Positions 1 through 8,948 of a stretch of 64,000 nucleotides of DNA are shown piece by piece. The notes below the pieces were generated by a model. The model was not told the DNA's origin. It did not search any database and saw only the letters and a program-made list of their open reading frames with translations. Source of the DNA: Candidatus Poribacteria bacterium (lineage in GTDB: Bacteria; Poribacteria; WGA-4E; WGA-3G); NCBI GenBank assembly GCA_965205025.1, contig CBDBFU010000012.1:1-64000 (forward strand). Direction: 5' to 3'. Position 1 is the first letter of the stretch, and every line of letters starts with the position of its first letter. The position numbers were made by a program, and so were the translations under genes.

Positions 1-1230
1 TTTTTTAATTCGGTAAATTTTATTTTTGTGCTATCCTCTTGTTCAAGGAGGTATTTTATTCATGGCAAAACATCATAAACTTGAACTCAGTGAAACTGAA
101 CGACAAAAACTCGTTGAACTCCGTGATAAAGGCGAACCGGCTTATCTACGAGAACGCGCTGCTGCCCTTTTGAAAATAAGCGAGGGGTTTTCCCCTCACA
201 AAGTCGCCCGAAAAATGCTCTTGAAAGAACGCGATCCTGATACGGTCTATTCGTGGCTTCACCGATACAATGAAAACGGTATTCAAGGTTTATTCTATAC
301 ACCCGGTCGTGGTCGCAAACCTGCTTATTCCCCTAAATCCCCCGAAGAAGCAGAGGCGGAGGTCTATAATACTATCGCACAGGGACCTGAACAACATAAT
401 CCGCATCAAACACGATGGACACTCCGATCCCTTGGAAACATCGTCCCTTGGCTCAGTGATGTGTCTGTGCCGGGTATTCACAAAATCCTTAGTCGACTCG
501 GTCTCAGCTATAAACGCGCTCGCTTATACATACATAGTCCGGATACAGACTATGCCCAAAAAATAGACAGGGTCCAGCAAGTTTTGGAAGAGACCCGTCA
601 ACATCCACAGACCTGTGTTGCGCTTTACCAAGATGAGTTCTCGTTTTATCGCAACCCTACCATAGCAAAAGACTGGGCACAAACAGGCACGAAAACACCT
701 TTAGCCCGTCAGAGCTACAGACACAACCAAACGTGCTATGGGATCGGGGCTCTGAACCCACATACTGGAGATGTTGTTTACCAGCAAGTTTCACGCTGCA
801 CTGCTGAAGCACTTCATTCTTTTTACACCGAGATTTGCCAACGCTACGCAAACAAGCAACGGATATATTTGATACAAGACAATTGGTCAACCCACTTTCA
901 AGCTAACTTATTGGAAGCACTTCTCCCGCAAACAGCATCGTTTGTGAAACCGAAGCCACCGAATTGGACAGGTAAACCCTCAGAGAAAATCGGAACACTA
1001 CAAAAACTTCCGATTGAGATAATACAACTACCGACTTATGCGCCGTGGACGAACCCGATTGAAAAGTTATGGCGATGGGTGCGTCAATCGGTTTTACATA
1101 ACCATCGTCATTGCGATGATTGGGAAATCGTGAAAGACAAGGTGATTAGTTTTATGTCGCAGTTCATAGGAGGATCACAGATGCTGCTACGCCAGATCGG
1201 ATTATTACCGAATTAAAAAATTAATCTTCA
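1..1230 (+). mobile_element. IS630-family insertion sequence (left end slightly cut by the window edge)
   Basis: Inverted repeats TTTTTTAATTCGGTAA (1-16) and TTACCGAATTAAAAAA (1205-1220). The right end continues TTAATCTTCA and is followed by TA. Encloses the transposase ORF. Confidence 0.85.
62..1216 (+). CDS. IS630-family transposase (single uninterrupted ORF)
   Basis: N-terminal HTH region (..W..RYNENGIQGL..PGRGRKP), then DDE motifs YQDE, LIQDN and LPTYAPWTNPIEKLW. GGAGG RBS before ATG 62; the ORF track starts at GTG 26. Confidence 0.92.
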   Translation: MAKHHKLELSETERQKLVELRDKGEPAYLRERAAALLKISEGFSPHKVARKMLLKERDPDTVYSWLHRYNENGIQGLFYTPGRGRKPAYSPKSPEEAEAEVYNTIAQGPEQHNPHQTRWTLRSLGNIVPWLSDVSVPGIHKILSRLGLSYKRARLYIHSPDTDYAQKIDRVQQVLEETRQHPQTCVALYQDEFSFYRNPTIAKDWAQTGTKTPLARQSYRHNQTCYGIGALNPHTGDVVYQQVSRCTAEALHSFYTEICQRYANKQRIYLIQDNWSTHFQANLLEALLPQTASFVKPKPPNWTGKPSEKIGTLQKLPIEIIQLPTYAPWTNPIEKLWRWVRQSVLHNHRHCDDWEIVKDKVISFMSQFIGGSQMLLRQIGLLPN

Positions 1231-1279
1231 TATGGCATTCATACCGTTGATTCCTGGATTCCGATCTTAACTACTTTAC

Positions 1280-1497
1280 GTAAGATAATTAACATTCAAA
1301 CAACTCCAAATCAATGGATTAGAAGAAAAGTAAAAGACACAAAAATACATCATTCATGCAAATTCTCGTAACCTTAAGAAAGTGGCTATAAACCCAGTAT
1401 AGGACTAGCGGGATAAGGGATTTATTGATGTCACACCATGTGACAAAAAGTGTAACATTTTAAACATTGAAATAACATATATATTACTATTGTGAAT
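1280..1497. repeat. Dispersed non-coding repeat, copy 1 (homologous to about 37180-37410)
   Basis: Shared blocks AATCAATGGAT, AGAAAAGTAAAAGACACAAAA, GTAACCTTAA.AAAGTGGCT, AAACCCAGT, ATGTCACACCATGTGACAAAAAGTGTAAC and CTATTGTGAA. Confidence 0.8.
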
Positions 1498-1605
1498 AAG
1501 TTGAAAGGAGGGGATTTACAGTATAATAATTCATTGGTTGAATATAATGAACACTTAAAGGTGTGTAAATATAGTAAACTCTGGATTTAATTAGACACTT
1601 TACTA

Positions 1606-1647
1606 GTAGGAGCGACCTCCCGGTCGCGACCAGGAGGTCGCTCCTGC
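1606..1647. repeat. GTAG-type REP-like inverted doublet
   Basis: GTAGGAGCGACCTCC-CGGTCGCGACC-AGGAGGTCGCTCCTGC. A related copy is at 50969-51010. Confidence 0.7.
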
Positions 1648-1939
1648 AGAAGAGGTGTGGGACGCAAACGTAAGTTGAGACAATAGAAATGTTGTAATCA
1701 GATGATAACCAAAGATGCATTTACATCTGCTTAAGTTATATAACAATTAACATATGTGATTCACGGAGATTGGATGCATTTAAAATTTATAAACCCTTAC
1801 AGAATAAGGGTTCGTAAAATTGCTCCGTGAAGGTTTCCGTGAAAGTGCAACCATCTCAAAACGAAAAATTTTAACACTTTTAGTCATCTTATTATAGTGT
1901 ATCTTATAACTACGCATCGTTTGTGCTGATATAATTCCA

Positions 1940-2066
1940 CTTCGTAGGGGGTCTCCCCACCCGATATTTGTATCGCAATCTTCCTGATTCCGTCTTGCGG
2001 TATAGCACAAACTAACAGTTTATACTACAAAATTTACGCATATAGTGACAAATTATTTACACACCC
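1940..2066. repeat. About 130-bp REP-containing repeat ending in TTTACACACCC (copy 1)
   Basis: Close match to 4297-4427. Contains GTAGGGG..CCCC and GCACAAACT..AGTTT hairpins. Confidence 0.8.
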
Positions 2067-2070
2067 CTTA

Positions 2071-2099
2071 TTGACATTCAGATTGAGAGTAAGTATACT
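2071..2099 (+). promoter_or_regulatory. sigma70-like promoter upstream of the peroxiredoxin gene
   Basis: TTGACA-17 bp-TATACT. Confidence 0.65.
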
Positions 2100-2183
2100 T
2101 ATAGAAACAGGTCGTTATCCGTTATTAAAATAAAATCTATAACGGCAAATCTAATACAAATAACAATTTAGAGGAATTAAAAG

Positions 2184-3193
2184 ATGTATCATTTTAGATC
2201 TACTCGTTATTCATGTATCATCGTTTTAATTACAACACTTTTGATTCCATTAGTTTTAGCGGAGAATGAAGTGGAAAAAAAATAAAAAGCTTGAATGTCG
2301 GGATGGTTGCTCCTGATTTCACACTAAAGGATGAAACAGGAACAGAACGGAATCTCACAGAATTCTTAGGTAAGAAGAACGTAGTACTTGCTTTTTATCC
2401 AAAAGATTTTACAGGTGGTTGAACTGCTGAACTACAATCGCTCCGGGATAAATTGAGCGAAATAGAAAAAACAGAAACTGTTCTCTTTGGTGTGAGTGTT
2501 GACCCTGTTGATTCACACAAGAAGTTTAAAGAGGATGAGAAATTCGGTTTTTCATTACTTGCCGATACTGAGTTTGATGTCAGCAGACAGTATAGTGGGA
2601 TAATGGAAAGGTTCAACGCTTCAAATAGAGTCACCTTCATCATTGATAAGGCTGGATATATTCGAGCAATTGATAAAGAAGTGAAGGTAAGAACACATGG
2701 TGAAGATGTTGTAAAAATGCTTGGTAGTGTCCTCCCAAAAATAGAAGTAGGAGAGATGGCACCAGACTTCATTGCTACTGATAGTGAAGAAAAACAGTAT
2801 CAACTCAGCAAATTTAAGGATAAAAAGAATGTAGCATTAGTCTTCTATCCACGTGATTTTGGTCGTGGCTGAACGGCTCAAGTCTGCTCGCTCCGTGATG
2901 AGTCGAGTAATCTTGATGAGTACAATGTACAAGTATTTGGAATCACCTCAAATGATGCTGAATCACATCAGAAATTCTCAGACGAAAATAAATTAAACTT
3001 CCCACTGTTGTTAGACACTGATAGAAATCTTGCCTTATTGTATGGTGCAACTGACAAGTTAGAAGGAAGATTCAATCGTATCACAATAGTAATAGATAAA
3101 TCTGGGAAGATAATCCAGATTGACAAAGATGTAAATCCAGGAACACAAGGGCCAGATATAGTAAACTTTATGAAGTCGCATAAAACGAACTAA
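2184..3193 (+). CDS. Tandem two-domain BCP/PrxQ-type peroxiredoxin selenoprotein (two in-frame UGA = Sec), probably exported
   Basis: One frame from 2282 to TAA 3191-3193, interrupted only by TGA at 2420-2422 (FYPKDFTGG-U-TAELQSLRD) and 2870-2872 (FYPRDFGRG-U-TAQVCSLRD). It joins the track ORFs 2453..2872 and 3008..3193. A signal-peptide-like ORF from ATG 2184 is offset by one base at the A8 run 2275-2282. Confidence 0.85.
2438..2460 (+). promoter_or_regulatory. Candidate bacterial SECIS hairpin 1
   Basis: TCGCTC-CGGGATAAATT-GAGCGA: 6-bp stem starting 16 nt after the UGA. Confidence 0.6.
2886..2908 (+). promoter_or_regulatory. Candidate bacterial SECIS hairpin 2
   Basis: GCTCG-CTC-CGTGAT-GAG-T-CGAGT: stem with a bulged U. 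TCGCTCCG starts 16 nt after the second UGA. Confidence 0.6.
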
Positions 3194-3795
3194 TGATTCA
3201 GAAGACATTCTCGGGTTTTCCCGAATGGGTAGCGTTGGGCACGTCTGTTGTTTTTAGTCCGTTTATTGTTCCAATTGTTACGGCTGTTATTGTTATTCAA
3301 AAATATGCAATGACACGTCAGGATGTATTACTCTGGTTAGGGATTGTTACTTTATTTGTCACAGTTCTCCCAATTGTTGGTATAGTTCTCTTAGTTAGGT
3401 TTTCTAAGGTAGGAAATTTGCATCTTCCTGCCAAAGAAGAAAGACTGATTCCCCTATGTTTTATAGTACTCAGTATGATCTCTGGAACTATAATCCTATA
3501 CAAGATTGGTGCGACTGAAAAGATAATCCTTGCCTGTATTGCGTATATAGCAAATAGTATAGTTTTCTCTGCGATTACGCCACTCTGGAAAATCAGTTTC
3601 CATACCAGTGTGACAACCGGCTGTATAATGGTGCTGGTATTCCTTGTGAATACCAGTTTCATTTGGTTATTTCTACTCATCCCTCTAATTGCATGGGCAA
3701 GGATTTATAGAGAGCGACACACCTTCCTACAGACGGCTGTAGGCACGCTATTGGCAATAATCAATACCGCTCTCGTTTTCCATTTCTTGCAGTAA
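3193..3795 (+). CDS. Integral membrane protein, PAP2-like superfamily
   Basis: About 6 TM segments; KISFHT and AWARIYRERHT motifs. TAATG overlap with the upstream peroxiredoxin. Confidence 0.65.
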   Translation: MIQKTFSGFPEWVALGTSVVFSPFIVPIVTAVIVIQKYAMTRQDVLLWLGIVTLFVTVLPIVGIVLLVRFSKVGNLHLPAKEERLIPLCFIVLSMISGTIILYKIGATEKIILACIAYIANSIVFSAITPLWKISFHTSVTTGCIMVLVFLVNTSFIWLFLLIPLIAWARIYRERHTFLQTAVGTLLAIINTALVFHFLQ

Positions 3796-3939
3796 GTGAT
3801 TGTAAACTACTATTATATAAGCAAAATCTACTTTAATAAATTATGTGACTCTGTACCAGCACTAATGAATCCTTGCTATTTTAGTATGTGAAATGTATAA
3901 TTTATATATCTAATGATATTATTAACTAAGAGATTATAT

Positions 3940-4137
3940 ATGCACAATACATCAGAATCCATTTTGGAAGCATTCAATCAACTACCTGAATTAGAAAAAC
4001 ATGCTATTGGTTCTGAAATCATCAAACAGGTGGCTTTGTTGGATTTTCCACCTGTATCAGAGGACGAACTCACGGAAATTGCGGATATGGTTTTCCTAAT
4101 GCATGATGAAGCAGAGAAGAAGGATGCCGAATCCTAA
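3940..4137 (+). CDS. Small acidic protein, putative type II antitoxin
   Basis: Short acidic ORF (track start 3913) whose end overlaps a MazF/PemK-like start. Confidence 0.5.
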   Translation: MHNTSESILEAFNQLPELEKHAIGSEIIKQVALLDFPPVSEDELTEIADMVFLMHDEAEKKDAES

Positions 4138-4201
4138 TCGCGGAGAAGTATAGTTAGTTGACCTTCGACTAATCACCTATTACAATACCTACTATTTATA
4201 G
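4124..4201 (+). pseudogene. MazF/PemK toxin N-terminal remnant
   Basis: ATG CCG AAT CCT AAT CGC GGA GAA GTA TAG TTA GTT GAC CTT = MPNPNRGEV*LVDL. Matches the RGEVWLVDL PemK start with TGG changed to TAG; the rest of the gene is absent. Confidence 0.6.
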
Positions 4202-4236
4202 CTTTCATTAGATATTCCTTTCACATTCTGTATATT

Positions 4237-4427
4237 GGGTGTGTAAAGTTTTTATCACCATAGGTGTTAATTTACTCATTAGACTCTTCTCTTCCTCTTC
4301 GTAGGGGCGGGGTCTACCCGCCTGATATTTGTATCGCAATCTTCCAGATTGCGTCTTGCGTTATAGCACAAACTAAAAGTTTATGCTACAAAATAGACGC
4401 ATATAGTGACAAATTATTTACATACTC
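4237..4427. repeat. MITE-like unit bounded by GGGTGTGTAAA / TTTACATACTC (copy 2 of the 130-bp repeat)
   Basis: Terminal inverted motif; 4297-4427 matches 1940-2066. Confidence 0.7.
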
Positions 4428-4569
4428 TGTATATTCATTTTGTTTGTATATCTTACCACTTTATGATATACTATCAGTGTGTTATTCCAACTTCATCATA
4501 CTTTTCTGTATATACCTTGGACAGACATTTTCCATGTTGTGGAATGAATTATAAGAAAGGAAACAGATT

Positions 4570-5316
4570 ATGTCAGGACACTCTAAATGGTCAACAATTA
4601 AACATAAAAAAGCTGCAAACGATTCAAAACGAGGTAAATTATTTTCAAAATTAGTCAAAGAGATTACTGCTGCAGCACGGTTAGGTGGTGGTGATGTTGA
4701 CATGAACCCTCGTTTAAGGACCGCTATCGCAACTGCCAAATCAAGCAATGTTCCAAATGATAACATTGAGAAAGCAATCCTCCGGGGAACTGGTGATCTT
4801 GAGGGTGAATCAATTGAAGAAGTTGTCTATGAAGGATATGGACCAGGTGGTGTAGCCTTAATGATTGAGGTGATAACGGATAACAAGAATCGCGCAATCG
4901 CTGAAATACGACACACATTAGGTAAATATGAAGGTAGGATTGGAGAACGAGGATGTGTTGCATGGGGATTCGACAAATGTGGTTTGATAGTTGTTGACGC
5001 AAATACTATTGAAGAGGATGACTTGTTCTTGGTAGCAGCAGATGCTGGGGCAGAAGATATAACATCTTTGGAAGAGGCGTTTGAAATTATTACACCTTTT
5101 GATCAGTTTGACAATGTTGTTACTGCTATTCAGTCCACCGATGCAGACGTACAATTAGCAGAAGTGAGTATGATCCCCCAGAACACAATAAAACTTGAGG
5201 GAAAACAAGCAGAACGAATGCTGAAACTGATGGATGCCCTGGATGAACTTGATGATGTACAAAAGGTCTATGCAAACTTTGATATCCCTGATGATATTCT
5301 CGAAGCTGCAGCATAA
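4570..5316 (+). CDS. yebC: YebC/PmpR family regulator
   Basis: MSGHSKWSTIKHKK start, YEGYGPGG, DDVQKVYAN; upstream of ruvC. Confidence 0.97.
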   Translation: MSGHSKWSTIKHKKAANDSKRGKLFSKLVKEITAAARLGGGDVDMNPRLRTAIATAKSSNVPNDNIEKAILRGTGDLEGESIEEVVYEGYGPGGVALMIEVITDNKNRAIAEIRHTLGKYEGRIGERGCVAWGFDKCGLIVVDANTIEEDDLFLVAADAGAEDITSLEEAFEIITPFDQFDNVVTAIQSTDADVQLAEVSMIPQNTIKLEGKQAERMLKLMDALDELDDVQKVYANFDIPDDILEAAA

Positions 5317-5327
5317 TTAGGGATACC

Positions 5328-5867
5328 TTGATGATAATTCTTGGAATCGACCCCGGAATCGCAAATACAGGTTACGGTATCGTCAAATCTATATCCAATA
5401 AAATACAGCCACTCCACTATGGTCATATAAAAACCAGCCCCAAAGAATCATCTGAACTACGATTAAAAATTATATACGATACAATATTAGAACTCATTGA
5501 ACAGTTTAAGGTTGAAGAGGTGGTTATTGAAGATATTTTTTTCAATAAAAATATCAACAATGCATTTGTTGTCGGTGAAGTAAAAGGAATAGTAAAATTA
5601 GCAGGTGCTAATACAAAATCACCCGTAACTACATATACTCCCTTACAAGTTAAACAATCCGTTGTTGGGTATGGTAAGGCGGAGAAAATACAAGTACAGA
5701 GAATGGTTCAAGCCTTATTAAAATTAAAAGAATTACCTAAACCTGACCACGCTGCGGATGCTTTAGCTTTAGCAATTTGCCATGCACGTTCTCACAAACT
5801 CCTACACTTAAAACAATCAATTTCAACAAAACTCGCTGAGAATAAAAAGGATAACTCTTCAGTATGA
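5328..5867 (+). CDS. ruvC: Holliday junction resolvase RuvC
   Basis: ILGIDPG..TGYG, YTPLQVKQSVVGYG, DHAADALALAICH. Confidence 0.97.
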   Translation: MMIILGIDPGIANTGYGIVKSISNKIQPLHYGHIKTSPKESSELRLKIIYDTILELIEQFKVEEVVIEDIFFNKNINNAFVVGEVKGIVKLAGANTKSPVTTYTPLQVKQSVVGYGKAEKIQVQRMVQALLKLKELPKPDHAADALALAICHARSHKLLHLKQSISTKLAENKKDNSSV

Positions 5868-6460
5868 TAGCTTATGTCAATGGCACTCTTTCTGATATAG
5901 GTGAAAAAGAGGTCGTAGTAGATGTTAACGGTATAGGTTATTTGGTTGAAGTTGCACCCCGAACAGTTGACGAATTACCTACTGTCGGCGAACCAATATC
6001 GTTTTACACACATTATAGTCAGAGTAGAGATAACGACATAAAACTCTACGGTTTTACTTCACGAGATGAATTAAGGATTTTTGAATTAGCTTTAACTGTA
6101 AAAGGCGTGGGACCATCATTAGCACAGAACATTGTCACAAGGCTATCCCCACCCCAATTCCAGCAAGCTGTTATGCGGGATAATATACCTGTCTTGATGC
6201 GTGTTCCTCGGGTAAGCAAAGAAATTGCACAGTTATTAATCTTAAAATTAAAAAAGAAAATAGCAAAAGTAAAATTAGAAGAGAAGGTTGAAGTTGTTGC
6301 CGCTGGTTCAGACCAACAATCGGTCATAGATGTCCTAATCAATCTTGGCGCATCAGCTATTGAGGCTGAACAAGCTGTCGAAAAAGCACACAAAACACTT
6401 GGTGAATCCGCTGAACGAGATTCCTTAATGAAAGAAGCACTCAAATATATCCGAAATTAG
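5864..6460 (+). CDS. ruvA: Holliday junction branch migration protein RuvA
   Basis: MIAYVNG, DVNGIGY, LYGF, VKGVGP; synteny. Confidence 0.95.
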   Translation: MIAYVNGTLSDIGEKEVVVDVNGIGYLVEVAPRTVDELPTVGEPISFYTHYSQSRDNDIKLYGFTSRDELRIFELALTVKGVGPSLAQNIVTRLSPPQFQQAVMRDNIPVLMRVPRVSKEIAQLLILKLKKKIAKVKLEEKVEVVAAGSDQQSVIDVLINLGASAIEAEQAVEKAHKTLGESAERDSLMKEALKYIRN

Positions 6461-6533
6461 ATAATGGAACATAATCTAATTTCAATACATAATTTCCAAA
6501 GACCGCACAGAGTACATACGATTAGGAATCATA

Positions 6534-7535
6534 ATGGAAAATTACGATATTCACGATACTACTGAAGATGAATTCGGATATAGTCTACGTCCTGAATCAT
6601 TGAGTGAATTTATCGGACAGGATCAAGCCAAGGAACAGTTGCGAATTCACATTGAAGCAGCAAAAACACGGGGTGATGTGATTGAACATGTCTTACTCGT
6701 CGGTCCTCCAGGACTTGGAAAAACAACACTCGCAAAAATCATCTCAAATGAATTCGGAACTAACTTCAAACAAGCAATTGGAACTGAAATGGACCGTCTC
6801 GTCTTAGCATCAATATTGACGCAGCTTGAGAAAGGAGATATATTATTTATTGACGAAATACATAGAATGAAGGTAAATGTACAAGAATCCTTATATCCAG
6901 TTCTTGAGGATTTTGTCCTTGATTTATCTATTGGTCATGGTCCGGGTTCTGATGTTGTTCAGGTCGATGTGTCTCAATTTACTCTTGTCGGGGCAACAAC
7001 AAGGGAAGGCTTGTTGGCTGGACCCTTCCGTGCAAGGTTTGGAATTCATATTCATCTTGATTATTATGAACCAGAAGATTTACAACAAGCTATCCGTATT
7101 AACAGTGGTAAACTGAATATCGAAATCGATGAAGATGCAGAATATGCATTGGCACTACGTTCACGCGGAACGATGCGGACAGCAAATAAACTCCTAGCAA
7201 ACGTTCGAGACTATGCAGAGGTAAAGAGTGGTGGCGTTCTGACACTTGAAGTAGTTGAAGAAGCATTGGAGTTTTTTGGTATTGATGAGCGTGGATTAGA
7301 TTCTCAAGACTATGCATATTTTCAAGCACTTATTGAGAAATTTAAAGGAAGGGCTGGAAAAAAGGCTTTGGCAGTTGCATTGAGTGAAGATGAAACAACT
7401 ATCTCTGAAGTATATGAACCACATTATTTAAAAGAAGGATTTATAATGCTAACACCAAGTGGACGCATAGCAACTGATGCAGCATATAAATATTTTGGAT
7501 ATACAACACATAGCCAACCTTCTCTGTTTGATTGA
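6534..7535 (+). CDS. ruvB: Holliday junction helicase RuvB
   Basis: SLRP...EFIGQ, GPPGLGKTT, FIDEIHR, TLVGATT. Confidence 0.96.
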   Translation: MENYDIHDTTEDEFGYSLRPESLSEFIGQDQAKEQLRIHIEAAKTRGDVIEHVLLVGPPGLGKTTLAKIISNEFGTNFKQAIGTEMDRLVLASILTQLEKGDILFIDEIHRMKVNVQESLYPVLEDFVLDLSIGHGPGSDVVQVDVSQFTLVGATTREGLLAGPFRARFGIHIHLDYYEPEDLQQAIRINSGKLNIEIDEDAEYALALRSRGTMRTANKLLANVRDYAEVKSGGVLTLEVVEEALEFFGIDERGLDSQDYAYFQALIEKFKGRAGKKALAVALSEDETTISEVYEPHYLKEGFIMLTPSGRIATDAAYKYFGYTTHSQPSLFD

Positions 7536-7589
7536 TGGTCACCTATCCTAAGAATCCATCCTTATGTTTTCATTTCTATTTGTTATAAA

Positions 7590-8618
7590 ATGAAACTGAC
7601 AGATTTCAATTACGATCTACCTTCAGATAGGATTGCACAAACCCCATTGGAATGTCGTGATGATTCTCGACTCATGGTGGTGGATAGAGAAACTTGTGAA
7701 TTTAAACATACGCGATTTAACAGGATAGGAGAGTTTTTACCCAGTAATTCTCTATTGGTTTTGAATGATACCAAAGTCATTCCCGCAAGGTTAATTGGGA
7801 ATAAAAGCGTTACAGGTGGTAAAATTGAATTACTGCTGATTCAAGTAGTACAAAAAGACACATGGGAAGTTCTTGCTAAACCGCGACGAAGTTTGAAGGT
7901 TGGGATAGAGTTAACTTTTGGTGATGGAGTATTAGTAGGTAAGGTATTGGATTTATTGGATAATGGACATTGTCTTGTAGATTTTTCATACGAAGGTGAT
8001 TTCTTTACTCTCCTCTCTAAGATCGGGTTGATTCCTTTACCGCCTTACATACGTCGTCAAGCCAATGAAGAAGATAAGGTTCGTTACCAATCCGTTTATG
8101 CATCATCAGAAGGGGCAATTGCTGCGCCAACTGCTGGTTTGCATTTTACCAACGATCTATTAGATACATTAAAATCTCAAGGGATTGAAATTGCAAAATT
8201 AACACTACATGTAGGCATTGGTACATTCCAACCCGTCAAAGTTGAAAATGTGGAATCCCATAAAATGCATGCAGAGTATATTAACCTATCAAGTATAGAA
8301 GCTCAACGAATTCAATCCGCACGTGATAATGGGAAAAAGATCATAGCAATTGGTACAACTGTCGTACGTGCGTTAGAATCAGCATTTCAATCAGGTACAG
8401 TTAACCGATTTGATGGATATAGTGAGTTATTCATTTATCCTGGTTATAATTTTAAGGTGGTAGATGTATTATTAACCAACTTCCATCTACCAAAATCAAC
8501 ATTACTCATGCTCGTAAGTGCTTTTGCTGAAACTTCACTTATTCAGAAAGCTTATGAGGAAGCATTAAACCATCAGTATCGATTCTATAGTTATGGTGAT
8601 GCAATGCTTATTATATAA
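7590..8618 (+). CDS. queA: SAM:tRNA ribosyltransferase-isomerase QueA
   Basis: IAQTP, PLPPYI, AAPTAGLHF, TNFHLPKSTL, YRFYSYGDAM. Confidence 0.97.
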   Translation: MKLTDFNYDLPSDRIAQTPLECRDDSRLMVVDRETCEFKHTRFNRIGEFLPSNSLLVLNDTKVIPARLIGNKSVTGGKIELLLIQVVQKDTWEVLAKPRRSLKVGIELTFGDGVLVGKVLDLLDNGHCLVDFSYEGDFFTLLSKIGLIPLPPYIRRQANEEDKVRYQSVYASSEGAIAAPTAGLHFTNDLLDTLKSQGIEIAKLTLHVGIGTFQPVKVENVESHKMHAEYINLSSIEAQRIQSARDNGKKIIAIGTTVVRALESAFQSGTVNRFDGYSELFIYPGYNFKVVDVLLTNFHLPKSTLLMLVSAFAETSLIQKAYEEALNHQYRFYSYGDAMLII

Positions 8619-8639
8619 AAAAGAAGGGAGACTTAGTTT

Positions 8640-8948
8640 ATGGAAGGTAATCCTCTATTTAGTATGTTATTTATGCTGGTCCCTATGGTTGCGATCGTTT
8701 ATTTCCTTATGATTCGACCAGAAAATAAAAGGCGTAAAAAACATCAGAATATGCTACAAAATCTGACAAAGGGTGATGAAATTGTTACCAATGGTGGTCT
8801 TCACGGGAAGATATTGGGGATCAGTAATGATAAGAAGGTAGTGGTTATCTCGGTTGGAGAGATGAATAATCAGGAAGTTAAGGTGAATATTTCACACAGT
8901 GCTATAGCATTTGTGAAGAAAGGTGGAGAGTTAATAGAAGGTGAATAA
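8640..8948 (+). CDS. yajC: Preprotein translocase subunit YajC
   Basis: YFLMIRP..K, L.KGDEIVTNGGLHG. Confidence 0.93.
   Translation: MEGNPLFSMLFMLVPMVAIVYFLMIRPENKRRKKHQNMLQNLTKGDEIVTNGGLHGKILGISNDKKVVVISVGEMNNQEVKVNISHSAIAFVKKGGELIEGE

Noticed and set aside
2453-3193. Two separate short peroxiredoxin ORFs or a pseudogene, as in the ORF track
   Set aside because: Both TGAs fall exactly at the catalytic position in one continuous frame, each followed by a matching hairpin; Sec readthrough explains this better.
4264-4654. 96-aa and 82-aa ORFs upstream of yebC
   Set aside because: They overlap a dispersed repeat and the yebC upstream region; composition is not protein-like.
8618-8640. Missing tgt between queA and yajC
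   Set aside because: Gene-order variation here is common and tgt may be elsewhere; no remnant is visible.
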